Shown: one piece after another, positions 43,133-50,000 of the stretch
Numbering within the stretch: position 1 is the stretch's first letter
How the letters are laid out: every line of letters begins with the position of its first letter
Source: an uncultured Gemmatimonadaceae bacterium
Lineage (GTDB): Bacteria > Gemmatimonadota > Gemmatimonadetes > Gemmatimonadales > GWC2-71-9
NCBI GenBank assembly: GCA_964596925.1
Contig: CAZQWQ010000028.1
Location: 28,947 to 92,946 of the forward strand
DNA length: 64,000 bases
Direction: 5' to 3'
The notes under the pieces: model-generated
Databases searched by the model: none
Told to the model about the DNA's origin: nothing
What the model saw: the letters and a program-made list of their open reading frames with translations, nothing else
Translations under genes and position numbers: made by a program

Positions 43133-44212
43133 ATGCGTGTCACGCTCTGGTGCGCCCTGGCGTGTGGCGTTGTCGAAATTGCCGCCGCCCAGGACAGCAC
43201 AGTCTCGTTTCAGGAAGCTCGCGCCGTCACGGTCAGCGGGTTCGCCGTCGGCACCTACGATTGGGATCGCAACGCCCGTACCAACACCTTCGCCGGCTCG
43301 AAAATCGCCCTCAGTCTGTTTCGACCCTGGTCGGACAACTTGTACGTGTTTGGCCAACTCACCACGAGCCTGATCGCGGACGAAGTGACCGGCGAGCCGG
43401 CCACCGAAATCGAGATCGACAATCTCATCGTGAGCTGGACGCCGCCCGGCACGAGTTCGTGGGCCTTCACGTTCGGCCGCTTTGACGCGCCGATCGGATT
43501 CGAGCGCGACGACGAGCCGCTGAACCTGCTCCCTACCAACTCCCTCAACTTCGAATTCGCCCGACCCGCCAAGCTCACCGGCGCCATTGCCCGCTACGTG
43601 GCCACACCTTCCATCGCCATGGCGGCGTATGTGGCGAACGGGTGGCACGTGGAGCTCGACAACAACCGCGGCAAGACCGCGGCGCTGCGCCTGGACCTGC
43701 TCCCCGCCGAAGGACTCGCCATCGGGTTGAACGCGATGTACGGGCCCGAGGTGGCGGGCACCGATGCCCAGCAGCGCACCCTGCTCGCCCTGGACGCCAC
43801 CTTCCAACCCATCTCCCGGTTCATCTTCGGCCTCGAGGTGAACCACGGCCGCCAGCTCGTAGGCAGCGGGGCGACGAGCACCTGGACCGGTGCCGCCGGC
43901 ACAGCGTTCTGGCGCCTGGGGAAGTCGGTCGGGGTGACGGTGCGCGGCGAAACGCTTTGCGACGAGGACGGCACGGCTACCGGCGCTGCGCAGACCCTGC
44001 AATCGCTGACGATCTCGCCCTGGTATTTCTACCGGGAGGCCCAGGAAGGAATCTTCTCGACCATCGAGCGCACCTCGTTCCGGCTCCCCGCGTTCTCGCT
44101 GCGGCCGGCCGTGCGAATCGATCACTCGAATCAACCCGTGTTTGAGACAGCGAACGGCAGCTTCCGGGATACGAATCTCCGGGGCATCCTCGAGCTTGTG
44201 TACGTCTTCTAA
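43133..44212 (+). CDS. Putative outer-membrane porin / beta-barrel protein
   Basis: Signal peptide ending AAAQD, amphipathic beta-strand periodicity, and C-terminal ELVYVF. Confidence 0.65.
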   Translation: MRVTLWCALACGVVEIAAAQDSTVSFQEARAVTVSGFAVGTYDWDRNARTNTFAGSKIALSLFRPWSDNLYVFGQLTTSLIADEVTGEPATEIEIDNLIVSWTPPGTSSWAFTFGRFDAPIGFERDDEPLNLLPTNSLNFEFARPAKLTGAIARYVATPSIAMAAYVANGWHVELDNNRGKTAALRLDLLPAEGLAIGLNAMYGPEVAGTDAQQRTLLALDATFQPISRFIFGLEVNHGRQLVGSGATSTWTGAAGTAFWRLGKSVGVTVRGETLCDEDGTATGAAQTLQSLTISPWYFYREAQEGIFSTIERTSFRLPAFSLRPAVRIDHSNQPVFETANGSFRDTNLRGILELVYVF

Positions 44213-44215
44213 GGA

Positions 44216-44782
44216 GTGGGCATGCTTTACGACCTCGCCCGGGCGGACACGCGGCTGAAATGGCTGGTGACCTGCCTGCTCGCCACGTTCGGCGTGGCCT
44301 ATCTGTTCGGCGGCTGGATGGTCGCGCTCTATGCCGGGTTCACCCCGGCGAACGTCGCTCGGACGTACACCGAACCGACGGCGGCCGCGGCCCCGGAGTC
44401 CACGATGATGGTCGAGCACCCCATGCAGATGACCGAGTTTGACGCCGCCGACACAGCGGGACCTCACCTGGTCGATACCAAGCTGCTGGTCCAGGATACG
44501 CACGTGCATGTCCCCATGTACGGGGTGATTGCGGGCCTGCTGTCGCTCGTGGTGCTCGGCCTGGGCGTTTCACGGCGCGCGGGGTTCACGTTGATCACGC
44601 TGCTCTTCGCCGCGCCTTGGCTGGATTTCGCCGGGATGTGGCTCACCAAACTCGCATCGCCCGGTTTCGCAGTGCTGACGGTCGCCGGGGGCTGGGCCAT
44701 GGGGCTCGGCTACACCGTCGTGACCCTGCTCGCACTACGCCGCATGTGGCTGATGCCGAAAGAAGAAAGGACCGCCCGATGA
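44216..44782 (+). CDS. Hypothetical 4-TM membrane protein (HVHVP motif)
   Basis: 188 aa with four hydrophobic helices. Starts 3 nt after the porin stop, and its stop overlaps the next ATG. Confidence 0.6.
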   Translation: MGMLYDLARADTRLKWLVTCLLATFGVAYLFGGWMVALYAGFTPANVARTYTEPTAAAAPESTMMVEHPMQMTEFDAADTAGPHLVDTKLLVQDTHVHVPMYGVIAGLLSLVVLGLGVSRRAGFTLITLLFAAPWLDFAGMWLTKLASPGFAVLTVAGGWAMGLGYTVVTLLALRRMWLMPKEERTAR

Positions 44783-45354
44783 CCAAACTGCTGTTGAGCG
44801 CCGCTGTGGCGCTGCTCCACATCACTCCGACGGTCGTGCTGATCAAACGGGAAGATGCGGTGAGACGTATCCTGCCGACGGCCACGGCGTTCACCGCCCG
44901 CGAGATCCGCCTGAGCGACGCCGACGCGCACCGGCTGCACGAGGCGCTCGATTGGGGTCCCGACGACGGCGTCCTGACTCTCTACACGGGGCGCAACGAC
45001 CGCGATGTCGTCGGCGCGCTCGTGTTCATGCGGGTGGACACACCCCACGGTCCCATCGAGGTCGCAGTGGGATTCAACCCCGGCGGGGCCATCACGCAGG
45101 TCGCCGTGACTAAGGCAACCACGGAGACCAAGGCGTGGGTACTGCAAGCTGTACGCTCCGGGGTGCTCGACGGCTACGTCGGGCTGACACCGGCACGCGC
45201 GGACGTTCAACGACTGGTGAAGACCCCGGCGCTCCCGGGTGGAACGGAGGCGTATCGGAGGAAGGTCGGCCGAATGGCCGGATTCATGCTCGAGCAGATC
45301 GACAAGGGCGTCGCCCGCGCCCGCGTGGCCTATGGCTGGTTCTACCGGTCCTAG
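44779..45354 (+). CDS. FMN_bind-like domain protein (191 aa), function unknown
   Basis: ATG 44779 (ATGA overlap) and an N-terminal hydrophobic segment. HGPIEVAVGFNPGGAITQVAVTKATTETKAW resembles the FMN-binding domain of NosR/RnfG-type proteins, but I do not see the flavinylation S/TGAT motif. Confidence 0.5.
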   Translation: MTKLLLSAAVALLHITPTVVLIKREDAVRRILPTATAFTAREIRLSDADAHRLHEALDWGPDDGVLTLYTGRNDRDVVGALVFMRVDTPHGPIEVAVGFNPGGAITQVAVTKATTETKAWVLQAVRSGVLDGYVGLTPARADVQRLVKTPALPGGTEAYRRKVGRMAGFMLEQIDKGVARARVAYGWFYRS

Positions 45355-46586
45355 GCCTGCGCGGCAGGCGGCTCCTCGGCCACCTGCTGGGGGCCGACCA
45401 CGGCGTTCCGTCCGGCGTGCTTCGCCTCGTACAGCCGCATGTCGGCTTGATTGAGGACCTCGAACCCGTCGACGCCGTCGGCCGGGAGGCTAGCGACCCC
45501 GGCGGAGATCGTGACCGGGACCGTTTGTTGCCGTCCCTTGGCCCCGGCCACAATCGGCGGGACGCGCTGCCGAATCTTCTCCCCCCGCGCTACCGCGATT
45601 TCGGGCAGCGTTTCGGGGAACAACACCACGAACTCGTCACCGCCGTAGCGCGCCACGGTTTCTCCCTGGCGCACCGATTGCTTGATCGCGGCAGCCACGG
45701 CCTTGAGGGCCTCGTCGCCGGCAGCGTGACCCCAGGTGTCGTTGAACGACTTGAATTGGTCCACGTCGAGCATCAGGACCGATAGGGGCCGTCCGTACCG
45801 GCGCGCGCGAAACGTGGCGTCCTTGAGCAGGTCCTCGAAAATCCCGCGATTGAGCAAGCCGGTGAGCTTGTCGCGAGCCGACAGCCACTGTAGCTCCCGG
45901 GTGCGCAGCACGAGCGTCGTGCTGACGGCGCCCGCGATGATGAGCAGGATCAGACGGGACACCTGATCACTCCAGCTGAACGCGCCATACTCGCCCCCCG
46001 CCGCCGCTAGCCCGGCGAGCGGCCAGCGCAGCCACGCCACGACGACGATGGCCAGGTACTCGAACACCGCCACCGCCCCAGTGACGGCGCAGATCCGAGG
46101 ATCGAATCGCAGCGCCGCTGCCCCGATGGCGACAAAATAGACGAGAAAGACCACCCGACTGTTCACTGCGGTGAGCGGCTGGTGCAACACGAGGAACGTG
46201 CACAGCACCGCGCTCACCAGCGTTACGTCCAGGAGGCTCGTCGCAAAACCAAGCTTCGGTTCGTACACCCGTCCACGCGCGACGCGATACGCGACCGCGG
46301 CCGCGATTACGGCGAGTCCTGCCGCGGCGAGCCCCACGTACACTTCGCGCACACCGGGGCGCTGCAGCCTGTCGAGCACGGGAACCAACATCACGAGCAG
46401 CGTCAACACGAGACGCGTACGGGCGACCAACACCTCCCCGGCTGCTCCCGCTGCGATCAACACCGGAACCGGTGTCGCCCAGAATTCGCGCCACCGGCTG
46501 GGCTTCATCGGGAAATCCAGCATGGGCCGGGAGAAGCGGGCCGCGGAGGGACGACGCGGCTCGGGTATGGACTGCGGGGCGGTCAT
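45351..46586 (-). CDS. Membrane-anchored diguanylate cyclase (GGDEF)
   Basis: About 6 N-terminal TM helices followed by LTGLLNRGIF...RYGGDEFVVLF. The RxxD I-site position reads RQGE. Confidence 0.88.
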   Translation of the reverse strand: MTAPQSIPEPRRPSAARFSRPMLDFPMKPSRWREFWATPVPVLIAAGAAGEVLVARTRLVLTLLVMLVPVLDRLQRPGVREVYVGLAAAGLAVIAAAVAYRVARGRVYEPKLGFATSLLDVTLVSAVLCTFLVLHQPLTAVNSRVVFLVYFVAIGAAALRFDPRICAVTGAVAVFEYLAIVVVAWLRWPLAGLAAAGGEYGAFSWSDQVSRLILLIIAGAVSTTLVLRTRELQWLSARDKLTGLLNRGIFEDLLKDATFRARRYGRPLSVLMLDVDQFKSFNDTWGHAAGDEALKAVAAAIKQSVRQGETVARYGGDEFVVLFPETLPEIAVARGEKIRQRVPPIVAGAKGRQQTVPVTISAGVASLPADGVDGFEVLNQADMRLYEAKHAGRNAVVGPQQVAEEPPAAQA

Positions 46587-46611
46587 CCGGGGGAATCTAC
46601 CGGAACACGTG

Positions 46612-46974
46612 CTATGCGCTTAGCGGGTAGGGTTCGTTCCAGGCCACCTCGAACAACCCGTTGCAACGGGTGCAACGCATATTCACGGGGTGGCCTTCGA
46701 TCGGAGAGCGACCACGGCAACCGGGGCAAACGGCGTAGCGCTCACCCCAGCTCGAAGGGATGCGCGTGGAGTTGCGCGGCGCCGCCACGATCGTCCAGCG
46801 CGTCGGTGGCGCCTGGACGATCTGCAGCAATGTCCGAGCGACGGTCAGCGGTCGCCGGTTGACCTCAACCACCGCCTCGAGCGGCCCGAGCCTCAGAATC
46901 CGGTACCAAGCCCCGCGTCGCAGCTTGACGTTCACATCGGTATGCAGGCGGGCCCATTGCTGGGGCGGCATCAT
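46612..46974 (-). CDS. Hypothetical protein with C-terminal CxxC...CxxC zinc-ribbon
   Basis: 120 aa with CPGCRGRSPIEGHPVNMRCTRCNG. Same strand, between the giant repeat gene and the GGDEF gene. Confidence 0.55.
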   Translation of the reverse strand: MMPPQQWARLHTDVNVKLRRGAWYRILRLGPLEAVVEVNRRPLTVARTLLQIVQAPPTRWTIVAAPRNSTRIPSSWGERYAVCPGCRGRSPIEGHPVNMRCTRCNGLFEVAWNEPYPLSA

Positions 46975-47059
46975 CGACCTCGCGCGCGCGAAAAAACGAG
47001 AAAGACGTCCAGAAGCTTGGCGCGGCTTCCCCTAACCCGTCAAGCCGTGATCCACACGC

Positions 47060-50000
47060 TTACTGGATGGTGAAGCCGCTACTCTCTTTCGTCGGCAACC
47101 CGCTGGCCGAGGCCCCGAGCTTGTACGCGGTACCGATGAGGTTGATGCTCAGGTTCGAGAAGGTTGCCACCCCTTGGATCGCGGCCACGACCTTCGTGCC
47201 GGAAAGAACCGCCCCGGGGGCGCCCGTGCCGGCCACGATGGCCACCGTGATATTGCCCGTGAAGTTCTTGTCCACGTTGTTGAACTGATCGCGCGCGCTC
47301 ACTTCCACCGCCGGGGTGATGCTCGCACCTGCCGCCGTCGCCGTCGGCTGCTGGCTGAACACGAGCTGCGTCGCCGGCGCCGCGACGATCACGAAACTGT
47401 TGCTGGTGCTGCCCGCGACCCCGGCGGCGGTGACCGACAGTTTGTAGCCGGTCCCAGCCTTGTCGATGTTGAGGTCGTTGAAGTTGACTACGCCGGCGAC
47501 CGCGTTGCGGGTCTTCGTACCGGAGAGCACGGCTCCGTTCGCCCCTGTACCAGCCGTGATCATGATGGTCACAGCACCGGTGAAGCTCGTCACGGTTCCC
47601 CCAGTGCCATTCTGCGCCGTAACCTCCACCGACGGACTGATGTTCACCCCCGCAGTCGTGATACTCGGGTGGAACGTGAAGGCCAGGCTGGTCGACGCCG
47701 CCGCGGTGATGTTGAACGAGGAGCTGATGGTTCCCGCATAGCCCGCCGAAGTGGCTGTCAGGGTGTACCCGGTCCCCACGTTGTTGATGTTGAGTGTGGG
47801 GAACGAAGCGGCACCGGCGTTGATCGTCGCCGTGGTCGTCCCCGACAGCACGCCGCCCGAAGGATTGGTGCCAATCGCGACCGTGATGCTTCCGGAAATC
47901 CCGGAGACCCTGTTGCCCAAGGCATCCTGGACCGCGACCTGGACACCGGGGATGATGAGCGCCCCCGCCGGTGTGTTACTGGGCTGGACGATGAACCCGA
48001 GTTGCGTCGGCGTCCCGGCGTTGATCGTGAACGTAGAGCTCGTGCCGGTCGCGAAGCCGTTCGCCGACGCCGCCAGCCGGTAGCCGCTCGACGACTTGTT
48101 GATGCTGAGGTTCGAGAACGTCGCCACGCCGGCGACCGCGGCCACGGTGGTCGTGCCGGAAAGCGTCGCCCCGGCGGCGCCGGTGCCGGCAGCGATCGCC
48201 ACCGACACGTTGCCGACGAAGGTGGTGACCGTCGCCCCAGCGGCGTCCCGCGCGGTCACCTTGATCGCAGGCGTGATGGTCACCCCGGCGACCGTCGTGG
48301 TCGGCTGCACGGTGAAGACGAGCGTCGCCCCGGTGGTGATGTCGAACGAGGCGCTCGTGGCCGCCGTCAGTCCGGACCCCGTTGCCATCAACGTGTAGCC
48401 GTTCCCCGCCAAGTTGATGCTGAGGTTGGAGAAAGTGGCGACGCCGGCGACCGCTGCGACGACTTTCGTCCCCGAGAGGACGCTGCCAGGGGCCGGATTG
48501 GTCCCGAAGGCCACCGTCACATTGCTCGTGAAGCCCGTCGCCGTGTTGCCCAGGGCGTCCTGGGCCGTCACCTGCACCGCCGGTGTGATTGGCGCCAACG
48601 CCGCCGTCGAGACGGGCTGCACGGTGAAGGCGAGTTTGGTGGCTGCCCCGGCGGTGATGTTGAAGGCCGTGCTCGTCGCACCGGTCAACCCGGCCCGCGT
48701 CGCGGAAAGCGTGAAGCCGATGCCGGTCTTGTCGATCGTCAAGGTCGAGAAGGTGGCGACGCCCGCGACAGCGTTGACGACCTTGGTCCCGCCCAGAATC
48801 CCACCGGACGGATTCGTACCGATGGCCACGGTGATGCTGCTCGTGAAGCTGGTCACCGTGTTCCCCAAGGCATCCTGCGCCGCGACCCTCACGGCGGGGG
48901 TGATGCTGCGCCCGGCAACCGTCGTGACCGGCTGCACGGTAAACCCAAGCATGGTCGCCGCACCCGCGGTGATCACGAAGGTGGAGCTGGTGCCGGCGCT
49001 CACGCCACTCGAGGTCGCGGCCAGTCTGTAGCCGGTGCCGCTCTTGTTGATATTGAGCGTGGAGAAGCTCGCGACTCCGCTGACCGCGCCGACCGTGAGC
49101 GTCCCCGATAGGACCGCGCCGCTCGTGCCCGTTCCGGACGCGATCGCCACCGTGACACTACCGCTAAACGTCGGCACCGTATTCCCGGCCGCATCCTGTG
49201 CCGTCACCTGGATCGCCGGCGTGATGATCGCGCCGGCCGTCGTCGAGGCCGCGGGCGCCACGGTGAACACGAGCTGGCTCGCCGCGCCGACGACGATGTT
49301 GAACGTCGACGTCACGGCCGCCGTCGGTCCCGTCGCCGATGCGGACAGGGTGTATCCGATGCCGGCCTTGTCGATCTTGAGGGTAGAGAAGGTGGCCACC
49401 CCTGCGACCGCAGCCACCGTCTTGGTGCCGCTCAGCGTGCCACTCGAGGGATTGGTGCCGAGGGCGACGGTCACGTTCGCGGTGAAGCTCGTCGCGACGT
49501 TCCCCAGGATGTCCAGCGCGGTCACCTCGACCGCGGGGGTGATGTTCTGGCCGGCGACGGTATTGGTCGGCTGCACGGTGATGGTGAGCAGGTCCGCCGC
49601 GCCGGCGTTGATGTTGAATGAGCCGCTCGTCGCCCCGCTGAACCCGCTGGCGCTGGCCGCCAGCGTATAGCCCGTTCCCGATTTGTCGATGCTGAGCGTA
49701 GAGAACGTCGCGACGCCGGCAACCGCGGTGGCGGTCGCAGTCCCGGAGAGCGTGCCGCTCCCCGGGTTCGTACCGATGGCGAGTGTGACGTCGCCCGTGA
49801 AGGTCGTCACCGTATTGCCACCGGCATCCTGCGCCGTCACCTCGACCGGCGCGATCGTGGCCCCGGCCGTGGTCGCGGTGGGTTGCGCGGTGAACGCGAG
49901 CTGCGTCGCCGCCCCGACGGCGATGTCGAACGGATCGGAGATCGCGCCTGACAGCCCCGAGGCCGCGGCGGACAGGGTATAGCCCGTCCCGGCTTTGTCG

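Noticed and set aside
46612-46974. PilZ-type c-di-GMP receptor assignment for the Zn-ribbon protein next to the GGDEF gene
   Set aside because: The sequence LRRGAWYR does not fit the RxxxR spacing, and no D/NxSxxG motif follows. Only the zinc-ribbon feature is supportable.
46975-47059. Intrinsic terminator after the giant gene (T6 run at 46996-46991 on the minus strand)
   Set aside because: Only weak 5-6-bp stems (GAAGC/GCTTC, CGGCTT/AAGCCG) are present, and they are not adjacent to the T-run. I could not build a convincing hairpin plus U-tract.
47174-49111. 645-aa + strand ORF (and several 60-300-aa ORFs) opposite the giant repeat gene
   Set aside because: They are antisense shadows of the repeat gene. 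Their periodic Arg/Gly/Asp-rich translation has no start context or motifs, while the minus-strand frame has coherent domain repeats and a lipoprotein signal.
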